Positions 43,297 through 53,515 of a DNA stretch of 64,000 nucleotides are shown here, piece after piece. Source of the DNA: a virus. The stretch covers positions 6,335 to 70,334 of IMG/VR virus record IMGVR_UViG_3300046499_000502. One strand, written 5' to 3'. Under the pieces are notes generated by a model. It worked only from the letters and a program-made list of their open reading frames with translations, ran no database searches and was not told where the DNA came from. Made by a program: the position numbers and the translations under genes. Position 1 is the first letter of the stretch. Each line of letters opens with the position of its first letter.

Positions 43297-44760
43297 TCAC
43301 CCGAAGTCGTAGAGGGCGATCGCCAGCAGTGTGGAGAATGCGGCGGCGAGGTCGGCGAGGGTCGAGTAGTTGTCGGCGATGTCCTGGAGTGTGAATCCTG
43401 CGGCCTCCATGACGTCGGGCCAGTCGTCGGCTTTGACGACGTCGAGGGTGAACCAGCGGAATTCGTCGTACCAGGTGGGTGCCTCGTTGTCGGAGAGCAG
43501 GGCGTAGGTGCCGTCGAGGCGGCTCATTGACGTCTGCTTGCGGACGAGGATGACGCCTTCGGTGGCGTTGTCGAGGATCCCGTTGAGGGCGTCGCCGTCC
43601 TCATCGGTCTCGGTGCGCACGCTGATGGATGAGGACGGCGCGGACCGCGGGCGTCCCACGACGACAATCCGGCCGCCGACGTTGAACTGGGTAGCGTCGC
43701 GGTCCCTTTTTTTCTCCAGAGGCGATTCGATTTTCACGGCGGCGCCGACACCGCGGATGGCGTCCGAGACGACGTCGCTGGTCACCGTGGACGTAATCGG
43801 CCCGGAGTACGCGGTCCACTGCTGGCCGTAGACGTCGGTGAGGATGGCCGCATAGTTCAGCGAGATCCCGAACGGCTGCTCTGCGTCCACGCGCAGGAAC
43901 GAGGACTGCCCTGTGACGTCGATGCCGCTGGCCGCGCGCACAGGGATGAGGTCGGTGCCGACCTGCCGGTAGAGGGTGATGGTGGTGATGTCGTCGGCGG
44001 TCAGGCCGGTCGCCGCTACGAGGTTGCGGGGCGGGAACACGGACTGCGGGGTGGCGTTGACGTCGCTGGACGCCTCCCGGACGCGCAACACGCTGGCAAC
44101 CCCTGTCGTGGCGGTTGAGAGGGTCGCTGTGATGGTAGGCGCCATCGTGGCCGGGCCTGCGGTTACTGACGCGCTGGCCGCTCCGGTGCGCGCTCCGTTG
44201 CCCGTCGCCGCCGCGGCGGAGAACCGGCCGACCGCCGTATCGAAGGTGACACCTGCCGCGGAGATGCCCACCGTCGGAAACCCGTCGGTCGACACCGGCA
44301 GGCCATACCCCCACCATGCAAAGTCGCCGGGAGCCCAAGTCAGGGCGGTAGTGCAAGGTGCCGAGAACGCGGTGCCGGAGGTGGTGTCCTCGGCTGCCGC
44401 AAAGGCCCACCGCCAGCCGGTGCCCGCCGAGCGGGACAGTAGGGCGATCGTGCCTGCGATGACGGAGCCCGTGCCCCCGGAGGGGATGGAGGTGGTGGGC
44501 CCGGCGTCCCCGCCGATCATCTCGCGCACAAATATGGTGATCCTGCGCGGCCCCGTCCCGACCCCGAGTGTTCCGCCGCCCCCGGAGAACGATCCGGCGA
44601 GCGTCCAGCCCGACGGCGTGGACGGGATGCTGAGGTTGGGGTGCGAGGAGATAACCTGCAGAATTCCGAGCTGGCCGGCCGATGGGGTCGCGGAGTAGGA
44701 CGGCGTGACGGTGTTCGCGTCGACCGCCGTTCCACCCTGACTGAGGTACGAGATCGTCAC
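43297..44760 (-). CDS. Distal-tail-like protein with N-terminal accessory domain
   Basis: Directly after TMP; D.EQPFG and C-terminal TLQDIA..YSTLADL repeats. Confidence 0.75.
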   Translation of the reverse strand: MTISYLSQGGTAVDANTVTPSYSATPSAGQLGILQVISSHPNLSIPSTPSGWTLAGSFSGGGGTLGVGTGPRRITIFVREMIGGDAGPTTSIPSGGTGSVIAGTIALLSRSAGTGWRWAFAAAEDTTSGTAFSAPCTTALTWAPGDFAWWGYGLPVSTDGFPTVGISAAGVTFDTAVGRFSAAAATGNGARTGAASASVTAGPATMAPTITATLSTATTGVASVLRVREASSDVNATPQSVFPPRNLVAATGLTADDITTITLYRQVGTDLIPVRAASGIDVTGQSSFLRVDAEQPFGISLNYAAILTDVYGQQWTAYSGPITSTVTSDVVSDAIRGVGAAVKIESPLEKKRDRDATQFNVGGRIVVVGRPRSAPSSSISVRTETDEDGDALNGILDNATEGVILVRKQTSMSRLDGTYALLSDNEAPTWYDEFRWFTLDVVKADDWPDVMEAAGFTLQDIADNYSTLADLAAAFSTLLAIALYDFG

Positions 44761-47700
44761 CGCCGCCCCACCTTCGCCCGGTACGCCTGCCAGCCCTCGG
44801 ACGCCTTGATCTTCGGTTTGACCTGGACGTCGATGAGGTCGCGCAGCCGGTCGTCGTTGAAGTGGACGTGAACGTCAGTGCCATCACGGTTTTCCAGTGC
44901 GAGGGCAACCCGCTCCCACAGCGCGTTGTCGCGGGAGTTCGCGGAGGTCGCCGCGGTCGGGACGTAGCGGCGGCGCACGGAGACGCCAGACGCCGTGTCG
45001 GCGAGGCGTTGGGCTGCTCCTCCGGCGAGGTGGCTGTGCAGGTCCATGCCGTGGACCATGCCGAGGACGACCTGCTTGCCGACCTCGTCACGGAACACCC
45101 CGGACGGGCTCTTGATCTTCAGAGCCTTCTTGATGGCCTTCACGAGATCGGTGGCGAGCTTGTCGATCTGCTTCGTGAGAGCCTTCTCCTGCGACTTCAG
45201 GCCTGCGAGGAATCCCTCGCCAGCATGCTTGCCACTGTCGTACATCATGTCGGCCATGTCCTGGCCGAAGGATGTCGCCAGCTTCCCGCCGGACGCCACC
45301 AGGCCGTTCAGCTTGGTGATGTCCTGGGTGGTGACGTTCTTGTCGCCGAGAATGTTCGCGAGCTGACTGCCCGGTCCGGCGTCCGACAGTTGCTGAAGCA
45401 GTGCCTTGCTGGCACCGCGCGCCTTCAGCGACTTCGTCAGCGACACGAAGTTGCTCGCGGTCTTCTGCTGGCCGCTCATCTGCGAAATGAGGCCGCCAAT
45501 GTCGGTGGCCGATGTTCCGGAGATGGACAGGAAGTCGCTGATGTTCGACGCCTGATCCGATGCGTACTGCATGGCCGCGGCGATGGTCTTCTCAATCGAG
45601 GCCCGCTTGTCGACGAGCTTCTCCAGCTTGTCGCCCGACTTCATGACCGTCTTGGACAGCTTGTCGAATCCGGCGTTCAGGAGCTTCGCGTTGAGGCTCT
45701 TGAGCGCCGAGGCGATTGCCGACGAGGTGCCCGCCGTCAGCGTCTTCAGCAGGCCGTTCTTGATGGTCGTGGCGATCGACGTCTTCGCGCTGCGCCTCGC
45801 GTTCTTCAGTGATATCTCCGCAGCCTGCAGCTCCTTCTCGGCAGCCTTCAGTCGCTTCTCCGCCGCCTGTACGCCTTTGTGTCGCCGCTTGGCGCGAGCG
45901 AGATCGCCCTTGGCGTCCCCCACTTTCCGCTTGTCGCGCCGCACCCGGTCCGCGGCGTTGGTGATGGTGCCGGACGCGTACCCGGGCAGTTTGATCCCGT
46001 TGGCCTTGGCGAACGCCATCGACTGCGGGTTGGACATCACGTCCTCGCCGCCCTTGAAGTTGACCAGCTCCGGGCCCTTTTCGCCGACCCAGGCCAGGCC
46101 CTTCGCGGCGCCGCCCGTGCCCTTGGCGTACCAGTGCGGCGAGCGGGCGAGCCACTGGCTGTAGGCGTTCAGCGGGCTGCCGTAGCGTTCGGCAATGTAC
46201 GACAGACCCCACTTGATCTGCGTGGAGGCGTTCGTCTTCCAGTCCGAGCCCGCCGAGCCCATCTTGCTCGCCGGCAGCGACTGCGGGATGCCATACGCGC
46301 CGCTGCTCTTGTTCAGTGCGCGCTCGTTCCAGCCCGACTCGCCGTTCCACAGGTTCTTCAGGGCAGCCCACTGTGGGCCGGACCAGCCGCGGGCAGCCGC
46401 GAGCGCCTCACCGATCTTCTGGTTGGCCGACGACCCTCCGCCGCTTCCACCCAGACCGAGCAGGCCGAGCAGGTCACCCCCGAGGCCCCCAAGCGCCTTG
46501 AGGGCCTTGCCGGGTAGCTTGGTGATGCTGACCAGGCCCTTCTTGACGATCGACCCGAGCGCCTTCGGAAGGGAGCCGAAGACCTTCTTCGCGATGGCCG
46601 TGCCCGACGTCTTGGCCATGCCCTTCATGAGGCCGGTAACCAGGTGACCGCCGATACCCATGAACACGCGGCTGGGTGACCGGATGCCGAAGAAGTGCTT
46701 CACCGCGTTGACGACGGGATCGACGATGGTCTTCTTGATCCAGGAGCCGATTCCCTTCATCGTCCCGACGATCCCGGTCTTAAAGCCGGAGATCAGCGAG
46801 CCGCCCTTGCTCACGAGCCAGCCGCCCGCCTTCGAGAACCGGCTCAGGACCGGGCTGGCGATATGGGAGTACGCCCACGACCCGATCGCCTTGGCGCCGA
46901 CGCTGACGCCCGACTTGAAGCCGCCGACGAGAGCACTACCCTTGCCGATCAGCCACCTTCCCGATCGAGCCATCCAGTTGGCAATGGGCGCCAGGATGTG
47001 GTCGAACACCCAGCCGCCGATCGCTTTCGCGCCGGTACTGACGCCGCTCCTGAAGCCGGAGACGAGAGCGCTACCCTTGGACAGCAGCCACGACCCGGCA
47101 CGCTTGAAGGCTCCGACGACCGGGTCGATAACCCACTTCTTGCCGAAGCCCCCAATGGCCCGGCCGCCCCGGGCCACGCCGCTACCGAAGCCCCGTGCGA
47201 GGTCGGCGCCCTTGCCGAGTAGCCAGCTGCCAGCCTTGACGAAAGGCTTCACGACGAGGCCGACGATCTCGCCGACTTTCGCGATGACCCAGCCGGCTCC
47301 ATCACGGATGCCGTTGCCCAGGAAGTGGATGGCGGCCTTGCCTTTGTCCAGCAGTTTGAGGCCCCACACGCCGATACGCGTGGTGAGCAGCCCGGTCTCG
47401 CGCTCGATGATTTTTGCGCCCTCAGGGAAGACCCGGGCGAGCCCCTTCCACAGGCTCGTGCCGAAGAACTTTACGACCTTGCTGAAGGCGCGCGAGATCG
47501 GCCCGGTCAGACGATCGATGCCGCGGAGCATCGGTGCGAAAATCTTGAGGATCGGGATCCTCGAAATGATCCTTTCAAGCGGTCCGGCGATCTTCCCGAC
47601 ACCCACGAAGGACAGCGCGGCGACGACCGTGTCCCACCAGTGCTTCTTCCAAAAATCGGCACTGAACAAGTCCGCGCCGAAGCTGCTGACGAAACCGATC

Positions 47701-49400
47701 GCGAAGCCGAGAGCGTTGCCGCCGACCTCCTTGCCGATGTTCACCCAGTCGAGACCACCGAGGGCGCTCGCGAGCTGCTTGGTGAGCTTCCCGGCGTTCT
47801 TGGCTAGCCACTGGAAACTCTTGCCGAGAGCGTCTCCGAGCTGCGCGCCCATCTTCGAGAAGTCCGCGTTGCCGATGCCGATGGAGACGGCCTTGCGGAT
47901 CGTCTCGCCGATCTTCTGGGCAGCGCTCTTGGGAGGCGCCGCCTTCGGCGATACGAGCGAGGCCACCAGACCCGACCCGCCATGCGGCAAGGGCGCCAGC
48001 GCAGGCCCCCGCACACCGGTGGTGGGTGCGACCTGGCCGACGCCGTAGTGCGGCATCGGCGCCAGAGCAGGGCCCTTCACCTTCGCGGCTGCACTGCCGG
48101 AGCCCAGATGCGGAGACGTGTCGAACAGGCCGCTGACCAGATCCGATGCAGCGCTCTTCGTGCCGGAGAAGCCCTTCAGGAAGTCGGACACGAGGCCCTT
48201 GGCGGTCGAGATGCTGGTCTTGATGGCGTCGACCGGTATCAGGTTGCCCATGGTCCGCCCGAACCGCGCCGCGGCTGGCATGGCGTCCGAGGCGAGGAAC
48301 TTCACGAACGCGGTGACGGGCGGCAACACCTTCGTGCCAACCCGGATGCCCATCACCTCGAGGTTCGAGACGAGCAGGTGCCATTGGGCCTCGGCCGTCT
48401 TGCGCTGCATTTTGACCGCGTCGTCGAACCGGCCGGTGCTGCGGTTGATCTGCTCCTGCTTCTTCTCGAGCACGTCGAGGTTGTTGAGCATCAGCAGGAT
48501 GCCGCTCGAGGAACGGCCGCCACCAAACGCCCTGCTGAGCAGCTGGGACTGCTTCGAGGCGGACAGCCCCGACTTGTCGAGGTGCTCCTTCAGAAGTCCG
48601 ATGGCGCCGATCAGTCCCTTTGGACCACGCATCGCGTCGGCGAGGTTCAGCCCGGTGAGTCCGATCTTCTTCAGCTGCTTCTCCGCCGCACCAGACGGGG
48701 CGCCCAGCAGCGAGAAGCTCATCCGCAGCCGGGTCGCGGCTGACGCGGAGTCGATGCCCTCGTCCGTCATCAGCGCGAGCGCGGCGCCGACCTGCTTCAT
48801 CGACAGGCCGAAGGTCTTCGCCGACGGCAGGATGCCGGTGCCGATCGCCGCGTTGAACTGATCCATCGACATGTTGCCCGCGCCGATGATCGCGTTCACC
48901 GTAGAGACGGCCTCGTGGAACGAGGTGGCGCCCTTGATGCCGGTCCGCCACGCGCCCGCCAGGGCGTTCGTGGTCTCTTCGAGGTTCGCGTGGCCGACCG
49001 CCGCGAGGTCCGACGCCTCCTTGAGGGCCTTCATCGCAGACACGTTGTCCATACCGACGCTCTTCAGGTGGTACAGCGACTCGGCGAGATGCTGCGGACC
49101 CTGCTGGGTGGACGTCCCCAGCTTCAACACTGCATCGGAGAGAACCTTGACGTCCTTCGCAGTGCCGCCGGCCTGCGTCGAGATCCGAGTCATCTCGGAC
49201 TGGAACTCGGCCGCCTTCTTCGCCGACTCGCCCAGTCCCACCGCGAGCCCGGCAGCCATGGCGGCGCCCGCCTTGACGGCGGTCTGGCCGAGCTTCGCGA
49301 GCGTGCGCTCCGTGCTACTCGCGGACCGGCCCACCGTGTTGAACGTGCGGGACGCCGAGTCGTGGGCGATGAGCCGGTAGATGATGCTGGAGCTGGCCAT
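44757..49400 (-). CDS. Tape measure protein with lytic transglycosylase (SLT-like) domain
   Basis: TP901-type TMP N-region; about 40-aa W-repeats; I.SPS motifs; ESGWN..A.N.SSGAYGIPQ.LP..YG; VGEKGPEL. Confidence 0.93.
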   Translation of the reverse strand: MASSSIIYRLIAHDSASRTFNTVGRSASSTERTLAKLGQTAVKAGAAMAAGLAVGLGESAKKAAEFQSEMTRISTQAGGTAKDVKVLSDAVLKLGTSTQQGPQHLAESLYHLKSVGMDNVSAMKALKEASDLAAVGHANLEETTNALAGAWRTGIKGATSFHEAVSTVNAIIGAGNMSMDQFNAAIGTGILPSAKTFGLSMKQVGAALALMTDEGIDSASAATRLRMSFSLLGAPSGAAEKQLKKIGLTGLNLADAMRGPKGLIGAIGLLKEHLDKSGLSASKQSQLLSRAFGGGRSSSGILLMLNNLDVLEKKQEQINRSTGRFDDAVKMQRKTAEAQWHLLVSNLEVMGIRVGTKVLPPVTAFVKFLASDAMPAAARFGRTMGNLIPVDAIKTSISTAKGLVSDFLKGFSGTKSAASDLVSGLFDTSPHLGSGSAAAKVKGPALAPMPHYGVGQVAPTTGVRGPALAPLPHGGSGLVASLVSPKAAPPKSAAQKIGETIRKAVSIGIGNADFSKMGAQLGDALGKSFQWLAKNAGKLTKQLASALGGLDWVNIGKEVGGNALGFAIGFVSSFGADLFSADFWKKHWWDTVVAALSFVGVGKIAGPLERIISRIPILKIFAPMLRGIDRLTGPISRAFSKVVKFFGTSLWKGLARVFPEGAKIIERETGLLTTRIGVWGLKLLDKGKAAIHFLGNGIRDGAGWVIAKVGEIVGLVVKPFVKAGSWLLGKGADLARGFGSGVARGGRAIGGFGKKWVIDPVVGAFKRAGSWLLSKGSALVSGFRSGVSTGAKAIGGWVFDHILAPIANWMARSGRWLIGKGSALVGGFKSGVSVGAKAIGSWAYSHIASPVLSRFSKAGGWLVSKGGSLISGFKTGIVGTMKGIGSWIKKTIVDPVVNAVKHFFGIRSPSRVFMGIGGHLVTGLMKGMAKTSGTAIAKKVFGSLPKALGSIVKKGLVSITKLPGKALKALGGLGGDLLGLLGLGGSGGGSSANQKIGEALAAARGWSGPQWAALKNLWNGESGWNERALNKSSGAYGIPQSLPASKMGSAGSDWKTNASTQIKWGLSYIAERYGSPLNAYSQWLARSPHWYAKGTGGAAKGLAWVGEKGPELVNFKGGEDVMSNPQSMAFAKANGIKLPGYASGTITNAADRVRRDKRKVGDAKGDLARAKRRHKGVQAAEKRLKAAEKELQAAEISLKNARRSAKTSIATTIKNGLLKTLTAGTSSAIASALKSLNAKLLNAGFDKLSKTVMKSGDKLEKLVDKRASIEKTIAAAMQYASDQASNISDFLSISGTSATDIGGLISQMSGQQKTASNFVSLTKSLKARGASKALLQQLSDAGPGSQLANILGDKNVTTQDITKLNGLVASGGKLATSFGQDMADMMYDSGKHAGEGFLAGLKSQEKALTKQIDKLATDLVKAIKKALKIKSPSGVFRDEVGKQVVLGMVHGMDLHSHLAGGAAQRLADTASGVSVRRRYVPTAATSANSRDNALWERVALALENRDGTDVHVHFNDDRLRDLIDVQVKPKIKASEGWQAYRAKVGRR

Positions 49401-49425
49401 GGCGCCTCCCCTTACTCACGGGTGG

Positions 49426-49626
49426 TCAGGGCCAGTTGCGGCCACGGGGCTCAGCGGCCTCGTTTTCGGCGGCCTCGCGGTCCTCGTCTTCGAGGCGGAA
49501 GAAGATTTCCCACTCGGTGAGCTCCCGGGCGGACACCCGGCGGAGCATCTCGCCTACGGAGCAGTGGAAGACGCGTCGGGCGAGGAAGAAGTAGAACCGG
49601 CGCTCTCCGCCGGATCGGAGTTTCCC
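49426..49626 (-). CDS. Tail assembly chaperone frameshift extension (gpT-like)
   Basis: -1 frame ORF (..ERRFYFFLA...SVGEML.RVSA.ELTEW) opening at the slippery site. Confidence 0.75.
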   Translation of the reverse strand, partial: GKLRSGGERRFYFFLARRVFHCSVGEMLRRVSARELTEWEIFFRLEDEDREAAENEAAEPRGRNWP

Positions 49627-49991
49627 TCCAACTCCGCCTTCTCCTCTTCGGACAGACCCGAGAGGCGGGAGGCGACGTCGTACAGCTTGTCGAGAACAGC
49701 CCCGTTCTTCGCGCCGAGCGCGGGGGCGTCCTGGTCGGTGAACAGACGCTCCCCGGCCTCGTCGATGAGGCACTTCACCAGCAGCTTTGCCCGCATGCCT
49801 TCCTGGACGAGGACGGCCTCCATGCCCTTGCCGTCGAAGGTCGGCCGGAACTGGCGGACCGAACCCTGGAAGGCGTCGAGCTCGTCTCCGGTGAGGCCAC
49901 GAACAATGACCTCGTCACCCCACTCGGGGACGGGGACCTTCTCGGTCTGAACGTCTACGGCTCCGAGGATGCCGTCTCGGGACAGGGCCAT
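49554..49991 (-). CDS. Tail assembly chaperone (gpG-like)
   Basis: LSRD.IL...V.VPEWG..V.VRGLTG...LSGL......EGN. Confidence 0.85.
   Translation of the reverse strand: MALSRDGILGAVDVQTEKVPVPEWGDEVIVRGLTGDELDAFQGSVRQFRPTFDGKGMEAVLVQEGMRAKLLVKCLIDEAGERLFTDQDAPALGAKNGAVLDKLYDVASRLSGLSEEEKAELEGNSDPAESAGSTSSSPDASSTAP
49620..49626 (-). promoter_or_regulatory. Programmed -1 frameshift heptamer G GGA AAC
   Basis: XXXYYYZ at E-G-N codons near the chaperone C-terminus, upstream of TMP. Confidence 0.8.
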
Positions 49992-49998
49992 GGTTCTC

Positions 49999-50478
49999 CT
50001 AGCGAATGTCTCGTGAGATCCCGTCGAGGACGCGGTTGACGGCCTTGCGCGAGGCAAGTCCGAGCGGTCGCACGACGTGGAAGAAGTAGGGCTGCGGCTT
50101 CTGGTTGACCCACACCTCGCGGTTGCCGAAGACCGGATGCCGAAAGCGTTTCTTACCCTCGACCATCGACGGCAGGCTCTTCATGTGGGTGGGCATTTTG
50201 CGGCCGTCGACGCGGATCGCGACGCCCGCCTGCTTACCGGCGGTGCGCACTTCGAGCTTCGTGGCCCGCGACAGATTCCCGCGCAGGCCCGACGCACTGT
50301 AAGCGCGCTTCGACGGGATGGAGCGGATCGAGTTGCGGACCACCGGAACGAGCGGCTTGGCCGCCGCGCGGAGTTCCTTCGTGAACCGCTTCTTGATCTC
50401 CTTGTTGTCGATGCCGCGCAGTTCGCGGGAGATGCGCCGCAGGTCATTCCCGTGACGCAGCCCCCACTCGCCAGGCAC
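49999..50478 (-). CDS. Basic tail-completion protein (HK97 gp10-like)
   Basis: RHPVFGNREVWV.Q...PYF. Confidence 0.7.
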   Translation of the reverse strand: MPGEWGLRHGNDLRRISRELRGIDNKEIKKRFTKELRAAAKPLVPVVRNSIRSIPSKRAYSASGLRGNLSRATKLEVRTAGKQAGVAIRVDGRKMPTHMKSLPSMVEGKKRFRHPVFGNREVWVNQKPQPYFFHVVRPLGLASRKAVNRVLDGISRDIR

Positions 50479-50957
50479 TACGGCACCACGATATTTTCCA
50501 CGGGAATGCTGGTCACCGAGAACTGGATGGTGATCTGCGCCGGGTTCTCGACGTCACGGGACTTCGGCTGCCCCGTCACTTTCACCGGGAACACGTCGTA
50601 CTTCAGGCCCGCCGTGTCGCCCTCGGGGAAGATGCAGACGAACCCGGCCGTGTCGCGCGGCAGCAGCGTTCGCACGTCGCTCGAGGTCGACGACATGTAC
50701 AGCGTGATGCTGGAGTCGTCGGCGGTGATCCGCCCCGGGATCTTCCCCACGAAACGGGAGCCGAGATCCGGGGTGTCCTGCTGGTCCGAGGACGTCGCGA
50801 ACCCAGACACTGCGGCGACCTCCGCCGTCAGGTCCGAGCCCGCGTTCAACTCGGACCTGGTCGGCGAGTTCTTGTTCGCGATGGTCGCGACCCAGTAGTA
50901 GCGGGTCGTACCCGGGGGAATGTAGCGAGACGTCGCGGTGATCGGCGTGGCGACCAT
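50478..50957 (-). CDS. Major tail protein
   Basis: PTRSEL.AG.DL...TPDLGSRF..KIPGR...DVFPV.V. Confidence 0.85.
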   Translation of the reverse strand: MVATPITATSRYIPPGTTRYYWVATIANKNSPTRSELNAGSDLTAEVAAVSGFATSSDQQDTPDLGSRFVGKIPGRITADDSSITLYMSSTSSDVRTLLPRDTAGFVCIFPEGDTAGLKYDVFPVKVTGQPKSRDVENPAQITIQFSVTSIPVENIVVP

Positions 50958-50959
50958 GG

Positions 50960-51253
50960 TCAGCTCTCCTCGGTCTTCTTCTCGGGCGCCTTGACGCGCG
51001 ATCGCGCCGGCTTCTCGGTGGGAACTTCCGCCGGCTCCGACTGCTCCGGCTCGTCTGCGGTCTCGGCAACCTCGCCCGCGGCAACTGCGGCGGCCTCAGC
51101 CTCGGCTCGCGCCTTCAGGGCGGCCCGCCGTTCCAGCTCCTCCTGCGGCACCCGCTGCCAGCCGGCCCCCGTGTAGTGCGGCAGGGCGTCGGCGGCGACC
51201 TCGATTTCCTGCTCAGGCGGCAGAGTGGGATGGCGCAACACGACGGTGCTCAC
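50960..51253 (-). CDS. Hypothetical virion-region protein
   Basis: HPTLP...GW; coupled GTG. Confidence 0.65.
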   Translation of the reverse strand: MSTVVLRHPTLPPEQEIEVAADALPHYTGAGWQRVPQEELERRAALKARAEAEAAAVAAGEVAETADEPEQSEPAEVPTEKPARSRVKAPEKKTEES

Positions 51254-51591
51254 GGGACCCTCACCACCGCGACGGTCACCGAACCGGTGGCCGAGTAGTT
51301 GATGGTGGCCAGTCCCGTCGTCGGATCCGCATACAGCGACGCGAAGAGCGGGATGACGCCCAGCCCGGTCGTCAGCGCGATGCTCGGTGAAACGCTGTCC
51401 GCGATGGCGAGCCTGCCGTCGACCTGGCCGGGCGTGGTCAGCGTGACGGTGATGCCCGCACCGCTGGCGTTCTTGACCAGCAGGAACGTGCTGGGCCCGC
51501 ATGCCGCGGTGTCGCCATTGCTGGCAGCGACGAGCGAGGTGGAAATGTCGACGCCCACATTCGGGACGACTTGGGTGACGAGCGCGGTCAT
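51250..51591 (-). CDS. Virion structural protein
   Basis: Beta-rich, L.VKN.S....VT motif; AGGAG RBS. Confidence 0.7.
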   Translation of the reverse strand: MTALVTQVVPNVGVDISTSLVAASNGDTAACGPSTFLLVKNASGAGITVTLTTPGQVDGRLAIADSVSPSIALTTGLGVIPLFASLYADPTTGLATINYSATGSVTVAVVRVP

Positions 51592-51682
51592 CCGCGTACT
51601 CCTGTTCTGATTGACGTGTCATCAGCACGCGAGGACGATCCGCGCATGACTGCCCTGAAGTGGTGGCCGGGGACGGAAAGCT

Positions 51683-52144
51683 CTAGCGGCCGCTGTACGC
51701 GTCGCAGGACACCTCGAACACGACGACTGCCTGCGCGCCCTTGGTCGTCTGGTCCATGGTCAGACTGTGCGACGAGATCATCGCTCGCATCACGCTGCCG
51801 CCGAGCTGTCGGTTCGCCGCGATAGCCTCCCCGGCCTCGCGGAGCAGCTCATAGGCGCGCCGCCGGGCGACGGCAACACCGTCCCCGCCGATCAGGACCG
51901 CCGTTGCGCAGCGGATGGTGAACTGCTCACGGTCGATCGAGCCCCCCATGCCCTCTGTCAGCAGGGTGGACTCGGCGTCCGTGCCATCGTCGCCGCCGGT
52001 GTAACCGACCGACACGATCTCCTGCACGGTCGCCTGAGACGTCGACGGCCCGTCCCGCACCGTCACGCCGGCCAGTCCGGGCCACGCAGTGAACGCGGCA
52101 ACGAGAGCATCCATCGCGGCCGGAAGCCGGGACGTCCACACCAT
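51683..52144 (-). CDS. Tail terminator-like protein
   Basis: V.DGP...VGY...E...I.C...RAYEL......LGG.V. Confidence 0.7.
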   Translation of the reverse strand: MVWTSRLPAAMDALVAAFTAWPGLAGVTVRDGPSTSQATVQEIVSVGYTGGDDGTDAESTLLTEGMGGSIDREQFTIRCATAVLIGGDGVAVARRRAYELLREAGEAIAANRQLGGSVMRAMISSHSLTMDQTTKGAQAVVVFEVSCDAYSGR

Positions 52145-52947
52145 CAGGCCACCCCCGGCAGTTGCGGATCGAGGAGCTCCAGGGCCCGCCGCGGGATCGC
52201 GAATCCGCGCCCTGCGACGTAGGGCTCGCTGTCGCCGCCGAGCTGCACGCCCATCGTGCCGCGCTGCGTCTCCCACAGATGCTGAACGATGATCAGCCCA
52301 GCAAGCCGGTAGTCGTCCGGAATGACGGCCTCACCCGCCTGGTACGTGAAATCCACGTCGCCCGCAAGCGACTCGCCAGACGTGACCGTCAGAAGGCCCG
52401 TCTCGCCGTCGACCCGCAGGTTCGCCGTGTTCCAGGTTGTCGACCCGTCCGCCGCAACCACCGAGGTCAGGGACAGCACCGGCACCTGCCGGAGAAGCAC
52501 CTCTCTGGCCCGGCCGACTTGCTGACGCTCGACGACGGTACGCCGCACCACAACCCGCCCTAGCGCCCGCTCCACCGCGCCCGTCGCCGCCCCGACGAAG
52601 CCGCGCAGCTCGTCGTCGTCGGCGGTCTCCGACGGCCCCATGTTCAGCTGAGCGCGCGCATCCGCCAACGACACGATGCCGACTGGGATCGCGGGCTGCA
52701 CGTCGAAAACATCCGCATACGCCGTGGTCGGCCCGCTGGTGACGAGCCGCCACACGTGCCGACCCGCCTGAGCGGTCACGTAGTCGACGCGCACCTGCCC
52801 CGTCGTCGTCGGCGTCGGCACCGCGGGGCTGACCGTAGTCCCGTCCGGCAGGATGATCGTGAGGTCCGCCGAGCCCGGATTGACGGGCGCGCCGGACGCG
52901 TCGACGACGTCCACGGCCACCTGATAGACGCTGCCCAGGTCAAGCAT
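52144..52947 (-). CDS. Head-tail adaptor (HK97 gp6-like) with N-terminal Ig-like extension
   Basis: IVSLADARAQLN...DDDEL..F..AAT..VE; Y.AG...P...L.IVQHLWETQRG. Confidence 0.85.
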   Translation of the reverse strand: MLDLGSVYQVAVDVVDASGAPVNPGSADLTIILPDGTTVSPAVPTPTTTGQVRVDYVTAQAGRHVWRLVTSGPTTAYADVFDVQPAIPVGIVSLADARAQLNMGPSETADDDELRGFVGAATGAVERALGRVVVRRTVVERQQVGRAREVLLRQVPVLSLTSVVAADGSTTWNTANLRVDGETGLLTVTSGESLAGDVDFTYQAGEAVIPDDYRLAGLIIVQHLWETQRGTMGVQLGGDSEPYVAGRGFAIPRRALELLDPQLPGVA

Positions 52948-53515
52948 GTCCGGCCTCCTGGCGAGTGGGGCGCCGAGCCAGATAGGCATTGAGGGGCGGC
53001 CATGTCCTCTGCACCTCTGGCAGTCCCTCGTAGCCAGCCACGAGAGCGCGGTTGCAGAGGCTGCAGAGCAGGCCTCGGATGCATCGACCGCACGAGTTGC
53101 GCCCGGGACAGCACCCGTGATCGTGATCGATATCAGTTGCCGAGGCTGTACGACATATCGCACACAAGCCGCCCTGCTCAAGCAGCAGTTCCGCGTACTG
53201 CTCGACAGTGATGCCGTGCCTGGTGATATCAGGCCGCTTCGCCTTCTGGTGGGCCGCATTTCGCAACCTCACGCACTCCCGGCAATATGTGGCGAGCCCA
53301 TCCTTGCTCCACGTGCGCCGGTTGAAGTCCGCGGCTTCCTTGACCACGCCACAGGTCGTGCAGCGCTTCTTTTCCGGAATCGCCTTCGGGACGCTACGCA
53401 TGCAATCGCGGCAGGCGTACTTCCGACCGTCAGACGACCGTCGTTCCCGATGGAACTCGCCCAACGGCTTGACGACACGGCAACGGCAGCACTCCTTCGT
53501 CGCGAGGTCGATCAC
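52940..53515 (-). CDS. Endonuclease VII-family (HNH-like) endonuclease with tandem Zn-finger repeats, probably mobile
   Basis: K.C..C...K...EF repeats; HGIT..QY..L...QGG.CAIC...IDHDH.CC...CGRCIRGLLC..CN; atypical codon use. Confidence 0.85.
   Translation of the reverse strand: MIDLATKECCRCRVVKPLGEFHRERRSSDGRKYACRDCMRSVPKAIPEKKRCTTCGVVKEAADFNRRTWSKDGLATYCRECVRLRNAAHQKAKRPDITRHGITVEQYAELLLEQGGLCAICRTASATDIDHDHGCCPGRNSCGRCIRGLLCSLCNRALVAGYEGLPEVQRTWPPLNAYLARRPTRQEAGHA

Noticed and set aside
46700-47400. About 120-bp quasi-repeats
   Set aside because: Ordinary Trp-periodic tape measure repeats
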